Below are positions 55,568 to 64,000 of a stretch of DNA of 64,000 nucleotides, piece by piece. The stretch comes from Natronospirales bacterium (GTDB lineage: Bacteria; Pseudomonadota; Gammaproteobacteria; Natronospirales; JAIVGZ01): positions 29,329 to 93,328 of the forward strand of contig JAIVGZ010000033.1 in the NCBI GenBank assembly GCA_020201335.1, read 5' to 3'. The position numbers were made by a program, and so were the translations under genes. Numbering within the stretch: position 1 is the first letter of the stretch; each line of letters begins with the position of its first letter. Below the pieces are notes generated by a model that saw nothing but the letters and a program-made list of their open reading frames with translations, did no database searches and was not told the origin of the DNA.

Positions 55568-57528
55568 CAACGACACAAGGACAAGGCATGACGGGACTTC
55601 GTATGACACTGCTGGCTGCAATCGGTGTGGCAGCGCTCGCGCTCGTGCCGCCCGCGCCCGCACAGCAGAATGAAGAAACAATCACGCTGAACCTGCGTGA
55701 TGCGGACATCCTTGAAGTGATCGCGATGGTGTCCGAGGTCACCGGACGGAACTTCGTCGTCGACCCGCGCGTGCGTGCCCGCGTCACCGTGGTCTCTGCG
55801 AGACCCCTGACACCGGATGGGCTTTACCAGACCTTCCTGTCGGTTCTGCAGGTCAACCAGTTCGCCGCCGTACCCACCGGCGACACCATCAAGATCGTGC
55901 CAGTAATAGAAGCGCGCCACAGTAGTGGCGTCGAGCCGCCACCCCCGCATGGCGAGGAAGACATCGTCACGCGCGTAATCCAAGTCCAGAACGTACCTGC
56001 CGCGCAGATGCAGGCGGTACTCCGCCCGCTCGTGCCGCAGTTCGGTCACATCGCAGCGTTCGCGCCATCGAACATGCTCGTCATCTCGGACCGGGCCGGC
56101 AATGTCGACCGCCTGGCGTCGATCATCGGTCGCATCGACCAGGCGACCGATGACGAGGTCGAGGTCATCCGGCTACAGCACGCTAGCGCCGCCGACGCGG
56201 TGCGCCTGCTGACCGCACTGACGCAGGCGCAGGCGCGCGGCGAAGGCGCAAGCCCGCCAACGATAGCAGCGGACGAGCGTACCAACAGCGTTCTGCTCGG
56301 AGGCCACCGGGCCTTGCGGCTGCGGCTGCGGGCGCTGCTCGCGCACCTTGACACGCCGCTCGACATTGAGGGCGCGACCCAGGTCGTCTATCTCCGCTAC
56401 GGTGATGCGCAGAACATCGCCTCAATCCTTTCCGGCTATGCAGAGAGTCAGGCGCAACGCCAGGCCGCAGCCCAAGGCACCCGCGAAGGCCAGACCGCAT
56501 CCACGGCACGCCGCGAGAGCACCACGATCCTCGCTGACATGGAAACCAATTCGCTGGTCATCACCGCGGCGGCGTCGGAAATGCGCAACCTTCGGTCAAT
56601 CATCGACCAACTCGACATCCGGCGCGCGCAGGTGCTCGTAGAAGCGTTGATCGTCGAAGTGACCTCCGACCGCAGTGCGGAGTTCGGGGTGCAGTGGGGG
56701 CTCGACGGGACCGACTCGAACCGCGGCGCGGGCATCATCAACTTCTCCGCTGCGGGCCTGACCGCTGCGCAGGTCCTGACCGGCACGATCACCAGCGCGC
56801 CCGACGGCGCGTCGCTCGCCATAGGCCGCGTGCGCGACGGCAGCACGAGTATCGGCGCCCTGATTCGGGCGTTCGCCGGCGAGGCGAACACGAATATCCT
56901 GTCGACCCCGACCCTGGTCGCAATGGACAACGAGGAAGCAACAATCAACGTCGGCCAGACCGTGCCGTTCATCACCGGGCAGTTCACGGGTGCTCAGGAC
57001 GGCGCCGGCCAGGTGAACCCGTTCCAGACGATCAATCGGGAAGACATCGGCCTGAAGCTGACAATCACGCCGAAAATCAATGAAGGCGACGCCGTGCAGC
57101 TGCTGATTCACCAGGAGGTTTCGAGCCTCGCACCCGGCACCACCGGCGCGGTCGACCTGATCACCAACAAGCGCGAGATCAGTACGCGCGTAATCGTCCA
57201 GGACGGCGACATCATCGTGCTCGGCGGCCTGATTGACGATACCGTGCAGCACAACCAGCAGCGCGTACCGATTCTGGGCAGCATCCCGATCCTCGGCCAT
57301 GCGTTCCGCTACCAGCGCACGACCGCGGTCAAGCGCAATCTGATGGTGTTCCTGCAGCCGCGCATCCTGCGTGACGCCGAGTCGGCGACGCTGCAGACGA
57401 ACCAGCGCTACCGGCGCATGCAGCAGCTGCAGCAGATGCTGGAAAGCGAGCAGGTGCCACTGATGCCGGACGTGCGCCGCCCATCGCTGCCACCGATCGA
57501 CGAACCCGAGCTGCAGCGCGAGCCTTGA
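55564..57528 (+). CDS. gspD: Type II secretion system secretin GspD
   Basis: 654 aa. It has a signal peptide, N0-N3 repeats and a secretin domain (TPTLVAMDNEEATINVGQ..PILG). An ATGA overlaps the gspC stop. Confidence 0.92.
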   Translation: MTTTQGQGMTGLRMTLLAAIGVAALALVPPAPAQQNEETITLNLRDADILEVIAMVSEVTGRNFVVDPRVRARVTVVSARPLTPDGLYQTFLSVLQVNQFAAVPTGDTIKIVPVIEARHSSGVEPPPPHGEEDIVTRVIQVQNVPAAQMQAVLRPLVPQFGHIAAFAPSNMLVISDRAGNVDRLASIIGRIDQATDDEVEVIRLQHASAADAVRLLTALTQAQARGEGASPPTIAADERTNSVLLGGHRALRLRLRALLAHLDTPLDIEGATQVVYLRYGDAQNIASILSGYAESQAQRQAAAQGTREGQTASTARRESTTILADMETNSLVITAAASEMRNLRSIIDQLDIRRAQVLVEALIVEVTSDRSAEFGVQWGLDGTDSNRGAGIINFSAAGLTAAQVLTGTITSAPDGASLAIGRVRDGSTSIGALIRAFAGEANTNILSTPTLVAMDNEEATINVGQTVPFITGQFTGAQDGAGQVNPFQTINREDIGLKLTITPKINEGDAVQLLIHQEVSSLAPGTTGAVDLITNKREISTRVIVQDGDIIVLGGLIDDTVQHNQQRVPILGSIPILGHAFRYQRTTAVKRNLMVFLQPRILRDAESATLQTNQRYRRMQQLQQMLESEQVPLMPDVRRPSLPPIDEPELQREP

Positions 57529-57542
57529 GGCGCCCCTGACCC

Positions 57543-59018
57543 ATGGAAGCCGAACGCCGCCTGCCGTACGCGTTCGCGAAACGCCACGGCGTGGTCATCA
57601 CCGCGGTGCGCGAAGACGCCGTCGAGGTGATGCACCGCCCGGCATTGACTCCCGAAGCATTGATCGAGCTGCGCCGCTTCGCCGCGCGGCCGTTGCAGCT
57701 CATCGAAGTCGCGCCTGAAGTTTTCGACGGGTTGCTGCAATCATCGTACGAACTCGGCACCGGCGGTGCACAGGCTGCAGCCGACGCGTTTGACGAAGAC
57801 CTTGACCTCGCGCGCGTCGCCGAAGAACTTGGCGAGCCCGAAGACCTCCTCGAGAGTCAGGACGACGCGCCAATCATCCGCCTGATCAATGCGCTGCTCA
57901 CCGAGGCGGTCAAGCTGAACGCGTCGGACATCCACATCGAGCCGTTCGAAAACCGACTGGTCGTGCGTTTCCGCGTCGACGGCGTACTGCGTGAGGTGCT
58001 CGCCCCGAAGCGTGCGCTCGCGCCATTAATCGTGTCCCGCATCAAGGTGATGGCAAAACTCGACATCGCAGAGAAACGCCTGCCGCAGGACGGACGCATC
58101 TCTTTGCGCATCGCGGGACGACCTGTCGATGTGCGCGTATCGACTTTACCGTCCGGCCATGGCGAACGCGTGGTGCTGCGCCTGCTCGACAAGCAGGCCG
58201 GGCGCCTCGAACTCGAGCAGCTCGGCATGGCGGTCGACCAGCGCAACCTGATAGACGAACTGATCCGTAAGCCGCACGGCATCATCCTTGTGACCGGCCC
58301 TACCGGTTCCGGCAAGACCACGACTCTCTACGCCGCACTCGCCCGCCTGAACGACCACAGCCGCAACATCATGACGGTCGAGGATCCAATCGAGTACTTC
58401 ATCGATGGTATCGGTCAGACGCAGGTGAACACGCGCGTCGACATGACCTTCGCCCGCGGCTTGCGTGCAATCCTGCGCCAGGATCCGGATGTGGTGATGG
58501 TGGGCGAAATCCGGGACCTCGAGACCGCGGAGATCGCCGTCCAGTCGTCGCTGACCGGCCACTTGGTGCTGTCGACGCTGCACACCAACTCGGCGGTCGG
58601 CGCGATCACGCGGCTGCGCGACATGGGCGTCGAGCCGTTCTTGCTGTCGAGCTCATTAATCGGCCTGCTCGCGCAGCGGCTGGTACGCACGCTGTGTGTG
58701 TCGTGTCGGCGCGCCGAGCCGGCGAGCGCGCGTGAGGCGCAACTGTTGGAGGCGGACCCCGCGGACCCGCCGGTCATCTACCACCCGGTCGGCTGCGAGC
58801 GCTGTGCGAGCACCGGGTTCCGCGGACGCAGCGGCATCTACGAACTGGTCTCGATTGACGAAACGATGCGCGGAATGATCCATGACGGCGCCAGCGAGCA
58901 AGCACTCGACAAGCATGCACGCAAACACGGGCCCAGCATCCGCAGTGACGGCCGGCGCCGCGTCCTTGCCGGCGAAACAACCCTCGAAGAGGTATTGCGT
59001 GTTACTCGGGTTGATTAA
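57543..59018 (+). CDS. gspE: Type II secretion ATPase GspE
   Basis: Contains Walker [17 protein letters not shown] and [12 protein letters not shown], plus the tetracysteine motif (CVSCR...CERC). Confidence 0.95.
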   Translation: MEAERRLPYAFAKRHGVVITAVREDAVEVMHRPALTPEALIELRRFAARPLQLIEVAPEVFDGLLQSSYELGTGGAQAAADAFDEDLDLARVAEELGEPEDLLESQDDAPIIRLINALLTEAVKLNASDIHIEPFENRLVVRFRVDGVLREVLAPKRALAPLIVSRIKVMAKLDIAEKRLPQDGRISLRIAGRPVDVRVSTLPSGHGERVVLRLLDKQAGRLELEQLGMAVDQRNLIDELIRKPHGIILVTGPTGSGKTTTLYAALARLNDHSRNIMTVEDPIEYFIDGIGQTQVNTRVDMTFARGLRAILRQDPDVVMVGEIRDLETAEIAVQSSLTGHLVLSTLHTNSAVGAITRLRDMGVEPFLLSSSLIGLLAQRLVRTLCVSCRRAEPASAREAQLLEADPADPPVIYHPVGCERCASTGFRGRSGIYELVSIDETMRGMIHDGASEQALDKHARKHGPSIRSDGRRRVLAGETTLEEVLRVTRVD

Positions 59019-59020
59019 AA

Positions 59021-59036
59021 GCTCCGCACCGCGATT
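59021..59036 (+). repeat. REP-like remnant (right half only)
   Basis: GCTCCGCACCGCGATT lies in the gspE-gspF spacer. The head and left arm are missing. Confidence 0.5.
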
Positions 59037-59055
59037 CGCATGACCGGCACTCCCC

Positions 59056-60270
59056 ATGCCTGCGTATGAATATGTAGCCGCCGGCGGCGACGGCCGCCAG
59101 GTGAAGGGCGTACTCGACGGAGACTCCGCTCGGCAGGTCCGCGCGCAACTGCGAGACCAGGGCCTGTTCCCGCTGTCGGTGGACGAAGTGGAGCGCCAGG
59201 AGACGGGTCGTGGACGGCGCCTCGGCATGCGCCGCGGCGTGTCCGCAAACCAACTCGCGGTGATGACACGCCAGCTTGCGACGCTCGTACGCGCAGCCTT
59301 GCCGCTCGAGGAAGCGCTGTACGCGACCGCGCAGCAGACGGAACAACCAAGACTCACGAGCCTGCTGCTCGCCGTGCGGGCCCGCGTGATGGAGGGCCAT
59401 ACGCTAGCCGATGGGCTTGCAGAGTTCCCGCAAGCGTTCCCCGAGATTTATCGTTCGACGGTTGCCGCCGGCGAGCAGTCCGGCCGGCTCGACCTTGTGC
59501 TCGAGCGGCTCGCCGACTGGACCGAAAGCCGGCAGGAACTCCAGCAGAGCCTGCGCGCGGCGATGATCTACCCGATTTTCCTCGTGGCGATGACGCTGGC
59601 GGTAACGATGTTGTTGCTCGCCTACGTCGTGCCGGAGGTCGTCACGGTTTTCGACAACCTCGACACCGACCTGCCCCCATTGACGCAAGGGCTGATTGCA
59701 TTGTCCGACTTCCTGCGCGCATGGGGCGTCTGGCTCGCTGCCGCGATTGTCATCGCGGCATGGCTGTTCAAACGGGCGCTGCGCGCGGATGCGTTCCGTT
59801 ACCGTTTCCACCTATTTTTGTTGCGCCTGCCACTCATCGCGAAGCTGATCCGAGGCGTCAATGCCGCGCGGTTCTCGCGCACACTCGCAATCCTGTCAGC
59901 CGCCGGAGTCACCGTGCTGGACGCGCTGCGCATCAGCGCTGCGACCGTACTGAATCTTCCGATGCGCGCCGCGGTCGAGCACGCGGCGGTCCGCGTGCGC
60001 GAGGGCGCGCCGATTGCAAAGTCGCTCGGCGCGAGCGGCTTGTTCCCTCCCCTTACAATCCATCTGATCGCAAGCGGTGAATCTTCCGGGCGCCTGAGCG
60101 AGATGCTCGAGCGCGCGGCAACCGCGCAGGAGCGTGAGATGCAGAGCACAATCGGCACGCTGATGGGGGTGCTCGGCCCAGTGCTGATCCTGCTGATGGG
60201 CGCGCTGGTCCTGATGATCGTTCTGGCAATCCTCCTGCCTATCTTCGACTTCAACCAGATGCTGCGGTGA
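59056..60270 (+). CDS. gspF: Type II secretion inner-membrane platform protein GspF
   Basis: 404 aa with the duplicated GspF/PilC domain pattern (LATLVRAALPLEEAL.., FSRTLAILSAAGVTVLDAL..). Confidence 0.92.
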   Translation: MPAYEYVAAGGDGRQVKGVLDGDSARQVRAQLRDQGLFPLSVDEVERQETGRGRRLGMRRGVSANQLAVMTRQLATLVRAALPLEEALYATAQQTEQPRLTSLLLAVRARVMEGHTLADGLAEFPQAFPEIYRSTVAAGEQSGRLDLVLERLADWTESRQELQQSLRAAMIYPIFLVAMTLAVTMLLLAYVVPEVVTVFDNLDTDLPPLTQGLIALSDFLRAWGVWLAAAIVIAAWLFKRALRADAFRYRFHLFLLRLPLIAKLIRGVNAARFSRTLAILSAAGVTVLDALRISAATVLNLPMRAAVEHAAVRVREGAPIAKSLGASGLFPPLTIHLIASGESSGRLSEMLERAATAQEREMQSTIGTLMGVLGPVLILLMGALVLMIVLAILLPIFDFNQMLR

Positions 60271-61067
60271 CGCACTACCGGGACAAGGTGGTCTGGGTCA
60301 CCGGCGCCTCCGCCGGAATCGGCGCGGCGCTCGCACGCGTGTTCGCGCGCGACGGCGCGCGCCTTGTGCTGTCAGCGCGACGGCTGCCCCAGCTCGAGGA
60401 GACCCGCGCCAGCTGTCTGGCACTGGGCGCGGCCGCCGTCCTCGTTGTTCCTCTCGACCTGGAGGATCCGGATGCGCACGGCGCGGCGGTCGACCACGTT
60501 GTTGCCGAATTCGGTCGCATCGACCTCCTCGTCAACAACGCCGGCATCAGCCAGCGTTCGCTCGCCGCTGACACGGTACTCGAGGTTGACCGCCGCTTGG
60601 TCAACGCCAATTACCTCGGCACCGTGAGCCTGACGAAGGCGGTCCTGGCGGTGATGCGCCGCCAGCGGAGCGGACAACTCGCCGCAGTAACGAGCCTGGT
60701 CGGCCACATCGGCACACCGATGCGCTCGTCGTACGCAGCGTCAAAACATGCGTTGCACGGCTTCTTCGACTCACTGCGCGCGGAGGTCTGGCGCGATGGC
60801 ATCTCGGTAACGCTTGCCTGCCCCGGCTTCATCCGCACCGATGTGTCGGTCAATGCGCTGTCGGCCGACGGAAGCCCACACAATGTAGTCGACCGCGGCC
60901 AGGCCAACGGCATGGACCCCGACCGATGTGCGGAGCGGATTGTGCGCGGATTGCGTAAAGGCAAAGCCGAGGTGTGGGTCGGCGGCAAGGAAGTGTTCGC
61001 AGTGTGGATCGAACGATTCATGCCGGCGGTGTACCGGGTGATGGCGAAACGAATAGACCCAACCTGA
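60267..61067 (+). CDS. SDR family oxidoreductase
   Basis: Contains VTGASAGIG, NNAG and YAASKHAL. The GTG start makes a GTGA overlap with the gspF stop. Confidence 0.85.
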   Translation: MTHYRDKVVWVTGASAGIGAALARVFARDGARLVLSARRLPQLEETRASCLALGAAAVLVVPLDLEDPDAHGAAVDHVVAEFGRIDLLVNNAGISQRSLAADTVLEVDRRLVNANYLGTVSLTKAVLAVMRRQRSGQLAAVTSLVGHIGTPMRSSYAASKHALHGFFDSLRAEVWRDGISVTLACPGFIRTDVSVNALSADGSPHNVVDRGQANGMDPDRCAERIVRGLRKGKAEVWVGGKEVFAVWIERFMPAVYRVMAKRIDPT

Positions 61068-61094
61068 ATCTCGGTGCGGAGCACCGCTCCTACA
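61068..61094 (-). repeat. REP-like element filling the whole convergent spacer
   Basis: Reverse complement reads TGTAGGAGCGGTGCTCCGCACCGAGAT. It begins 1 nt after the SDR stop (61067) and ends 1 nt before the fabH stop (61095). Confidence 0.9.
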
Positions 61095-62066
61095 TTAGTA
61101 TCTAATTAGAGCAGAGCCCCAGGTGAAGCCGCCGCCGAATGCTTCGAGCAGCAGCATATCCCCTCGCTTGATACGCCCGTCGCGGACCGCAACGTCGAGC
61201 GCCATCGGAACCGATGCAGCGGAAGTATTACCGTGCTCGCCGACGGTGACAACGACCCGTTCCATCGGCATGCCGAGCTTGCGCGCGGTCGCCTCGATGA
61301 TCCGGATGTTTGCCTGGTGCGGGATCAGCCAGTCGATATCCGCCTTCTCAAGATTGTTGGCAGCAAGCGTCTCATCAACGATGCGCCCCAGCGTCATCAC
61401 TGCGACCTTGAATACCTCGTTGCCCTTCATCCGAACTGCGTCGTGGCCGGGCACCAGTTTGTCAGCGCCCTGTGACACGCCCCACGGGTGATACAGGAGG
61501 TCCTTGTACTGACCGTCGGCATGCAGATGGGTGGAGATGATGCCGGGCTCATCGGCTGTTTCGAGAATGACCGCGCCGGCCCCGTCGCCGAACAGCACGC
61601 AGGTCGTGCGGTCCTGCCAGTCGATCATCCGGGACAGCGTCTCGGCGCCAACCACCAGCGCGCGCTTCGCGTCGCCGAGCCGGATGAACTTGTCGGCGAG
61701 CGACAGTGCGTAAAGGAAGCCGGTGCATGCTGCTTCAAGGCCGAACGACGGGCACGCGGTGCGTATGCCGAGCCGGTGCTGCAGCAGCACGCCCATGTTC
61801 GGGAACACCTGATCGGGCGTAGTGGTCCCGACCAGGATGAGGTCGATATCGCCCGGGCCTACCCCGGCCGCTTCCATCGCCTGCAGGGCGGCACCTTCAC
61901 AAAGGGTGAGTGTGGTCTCGTCGTCGCCGGCGATGTGCCGCTGGGAGATTCCGGTTCGCTCGCGTATCCACTCATCGCTGGTATCCACGGACTTCGCAAG
62001 CTCGGCGTTCGTGACAACCTTTTGCGGCAGGCAGCGGCCCGTTCCGGCGATCCGGGAATACTTCAC
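61095..62066 (-). CDS. fabH: Beta-ketoacyl-ACP synthase III
   Basis: The GTG start gives (M)KYSRIAGTGRCLPQKVVTN. The active-site Cys context is EAACTGFLYAL, with HQAN and GGGFTWG. 323 aa. Confidence 0.93.
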   Translation of the reverse strand: MKYSRIAGTGRCLPQKVVTNAELAKSVDTSDEWIRERTGISQRHIAGDDETTLTLCEGAALQAMEAAGVGPGDIDLILVGTTTPDQVFPNMGVLLQHRLGIRTACPSFGLEAACTGFLYALSLADKFIRLGDAKRALVVGAETLSRMIDWQDRTTCVLFGDGAGAVILETADEPGIISTHLHADGQYKDLLYHPWGVSQGADKLVPGHDAVRMKGNEVFKVAVMTLGRIVDETLAANNLEKADIDWLIPHQANIRIIEATARKLGMPMERVVVTVGEHGNTSAASVPMALDVAVRDGRIKRGDMLLLEAFGGGFTWGSALIRY

Positions 62067-63091
62067 TGTTGCGGCACCTCTTTCAACTGTTCGTCGAGCA
62101 GCGCCTCTATGCGTTTTGGCACAGCTTTTTCGCACTCAAGAACGGCAATGCGAATCGCGTGGCCGAATGCGTGTTCATCCGCGCCACCGTGGCTCTTGAT
62201 CACGATACCACGCAGGCCGACCAGGCTCGCGCCGTTGTGGTTACGTGGGTCGACACGGTCGCGAAAACGCTTCAGCGCCGGCAACACGGCGAGCGCAGCG
62301 ATCTTGCTCAGTATGGAACGCGTAAACTCCTCGCGCAGGAACTGGGACACCATTTTGCCGAGCCCCTCGGCGGTCTTCAAAGCGACGTTGCCTGAAAACC
62401 CATCGCTGACGATGACGTCGACGCGGTCAGAGAAAATGTCGTTACCCTCAACGAAGCCGATGTAGTTCAGGTTACTGGCCTGCAAGCGTTGACCCGCCTC
62501 ACGAATCACCTCGTCGCCCTTCATCTCCTCGGCACCGATATTCAACAGGCCGACGCGCGGGTTCGGTTGTCCATGGATTGCGCTGGCTACCACCGCGCCC
62601 ATCACGGCGAACTGGAACAGGTGGTCGGCGCTGCAATCCGCGTTCGCGCCCAGGTCGAGCATCAGCGTGGTGCCGCCGATAGCGGGCAGCTCGGCGAGGA
62701 TCGCCGGGCGGTCGATGCCGGGCAGCGTCTTCAGCACAAAGCGCGCGGTCGCCATCAACGCTCCCGTGTTGCCGGCGCTGATGCACGCGTCCACTTCGCC
62801 TTCTTTCACGAGGTCGATTGCGACCCGCATCGAGGAATCCTTCTTGCCGCGGAGTGCGGCCGAAGGCAGCTCGTCCATCAGGACGACCTGCGTCGCATGA
62901 CGTAGCTTGATGCGGGGGTCAGTCTGGGCGCCACGCTCGGCGAGCAGACGCGTCAGCGTCGGCTCATCGCCGACGAGCGTCAGTTCGAGCGACGGGTGCG
63001 TGGTGATCGCGCGTAGCGCGGCGGGCACGATGACCGAAGGCCCGTGGTCACCGCTCATCGCGTCGAGCGCTATGTGTACCGGCTTGGTCAT
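62063..63091 (-). CDS. plsX: Phosphate acyltransferase PlsX
   Basis: Contains IALDAMSGDHGP and SDGFSGNVALKT. 342 aa. Confidence 0.95.
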   Translation of the reverse strand: MTKPVHIALDAMSGDHGPSVIVPAALRAITTHPSLELTLVGDEPTLTRLLAERGAQTDPRIKLRHATQVVLMDELPSAALRGKKDSSMRVAIDLVKEGEVDACISAGNTGALMATARFVLKTLPGIDRPAILAELPAIGGTTLMLDLGANADCSADHLFQFAVMGAVVASAIHGQPNPRVGLLNIGAEEMKGDEVIREAGQRLQASNLNYIGFVEGNDIFSDRVDVIVSDGFSGNVALKTAEGLGKMVSQFLREEFTRSILSKIAALAVLPALKRFRDRVDPRNHNGASLVGLRGIVIKSHGGADEHAFGHAIRIAVLECEKAVPKRIEALLDEQLKEVPQQ

Positions 63092-63119
63092 CCGGGAGGC
63101 CGGCCGCAGGCGGGCCGGA

Positions 63120-63311
63120 CTATTCGTCCGCGATATCCTTGCGGGTTTCGATGACTTTCTTGCCGCGGTAGTAACCGTCCGGCGTGATGTGGTGACGACG
63201 ATGCGTCTCGCCAGAAGTCGGGTCGACCGACAGCGTGGGCCCCGTCAGTGCATCGTGCGAACGGCGCATGCCGCGCGTCGAGCGTGTTCTACGGCTTTTC
63301 TGGACTGCCAC
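63120..63311 (-). CDS. rpmF: 50S ribosomal protein L32
   Basis: (M)[21 protein letters not shown]. The start codon is GTG (63311-63309) with no visible SD, and it lies inside the yceD reading frame. Confidence 0.9.
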   Translation of the reverse strand: MAVQKSRRTRSTRGMRRSHDALTGPTLSVDPTSGETHRRHHITPDGYYRGKKVIETRKDIADE

Positions 63312-63721
63312 AGAGCCAGTATCAATTCGTCTTCAACTACCGCGAGCGGCGACACATGGCCATCGTCACTCAACACCGGCTCGATTCCGTCGGGCAGGCG
63401 ATCCGCTTGCGCGTCATCGTCCACCAAACCAAGCCGGAAATCCGTTGCCACCTGCACCGGCAGTGCATCAAGGCACCGCTGGCAGGTCACAGTCAGCATC
63501 GCCGCTGCGTGACCGTCAATCACAACCCGGTCGGCAGCGTCACGCACAAAGCCCATCTGCGAGCGGACCGTTCCGGTGTTATCGGCGAGCATCCCTGCGA
63601 GCCTAAGCATCGTCGCGACCGGCGTATCGTTCTCGATGCGCGCGCCGCGCCCGGCCAAGCGGATTGCGTCCACACGGCTGGGCAGGGCTTCCGGCATAAG
63701 CGCGGCATGATACGGCGACAC
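63245..63721 (-). CDS. yceD: YceD (DUF177) 23S rRNA accumulation protein with an aberrant 3' end overlapping rpmF
   Basis: Contains [10 protein letters not shown] and [10 protein letters not shown]. After LAL the frame reads through the rpmF start ([21 protein letters not shown]) instead of the usual P..P..C...NPFA tail. The overlap with rpmF is 67 nt. Confidence 0.6.
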   Translation of the reverse strand: MSPYHAALMPEALPSRVDAIRLAGRGARIENDTPVATMLRLAGMLADNTGTVRSQMGFVRDAADRVVIDGHAAAMLTVTCQRCLDALPVQVATDFRLGLVDDDAQADRLPDGIEPVLSDDGHVSPLAVVEDELILALWQSRKAVEHARRAACAVRTMH

Positions 63722-63779
63722 CCGATTGATGTCAAAGGGATACTACGGCAAGCTGTTGTTTTTCCTGCAAGGAAACCTG

Positions 63780-64000
63780 ATGGCCGCACCGCTCATCCTG
63801 GCTTCGACTTCGCCGTATAGAAACGCGCTGCTCGCGCGTCTTGGGCTGCCGTTCCGGACGTGCCGGCCGGAGGTCGACGAAACACCTGACCCTGAGGAGA
63901 CACCCACAGCGTTGGTGCTCCGCCTGTCGGGCGCAAAAGCGGCAGCGGCCATACGTTTCTTCGATGACGGCTTGGCGATCGGCTCGGACCAGGTCGCCGC
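63780..64000 (+). CDS. maf: Maf-like nucleoside triphosphate pyrophosphatase (YceF type), N-terminal part
   Basis: Own translation from the ATG at 63780: MAAPLILASTSPYRNALLARLGLPFRTCRPEVDETPDPEETP... The gene runs off the right edge and is divergent from yceD, as in other proteobacteria. Confidence 0.8.
   Translation, partial: MAAPLILASTSPYRNALLARLGLPFRTCRPEVDETPDPEETPTALVLRLSGAKAAAAIRFFDDGLAIGSDQVA

Overview
High-GC chromosomal segment: hand counts of 60-nt samples give about 65-70% G+C. Gene content and synteny look gammaproteobacterial. The serS-rarA-lolA-ftsK-trxB-aat-infA-clpA-clpS order matches E. coli and Pseudomonas as I remember them. Packing is very dense, with many 1-4 nt start/stop overlaps, divergent spacers of only 25-50 nt, and no convincing intrinsic terminators. 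Most genes are housekeeping: slyD, mazG, fumC, purB, mnmA, hflD, acnA, a complete suf Fe-S operon, serS, ftsK, trxB, clpSA, yceD-rpmF-plsX-fabH, and a gspCDEF type II secretion block. One tRNA-Ser(UGA) is present. I found no rRNA, CRISPR array, transposase, integrase or prophage. What stands out: (1) two uncharacterised cytoplasmic proteins translationally coupled to periplasmic Cu,Zn-SOD (37237-39100). This is my best candidate for an undescribed system. (2) A mosaic accessory patch (32417-35680) holds a sharply low-GC paiB-crp cassette, a decapitated histidine phosphatase, a small 2-TM protein and a minimal secreted CHAT protease. (3) A REP-like repeat population with one shared head and four different hairpins sits at 11 loci. 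It includes in-frame copies inside sufD (flanked by an 8-nt direct repeat) and inside the lolA signal peptide (compensatory stem change), plus a head-only tandem array. (4) An orphan encapsulated-ferritin homologue has no shell gene. (5) An interrupted pseudo-copy of tRNA-Ser lies next to the real gene. (6) Several conserved genes or operons look truncated or broken: rlmKL, ald, yceD/rpmF, the histidine phosphatase, gsp after gspF, and fab after fabH. This is either real decay and rearrangement or an assembly problem. All family calls rest on motif recognition from memory, since no searches could be run.
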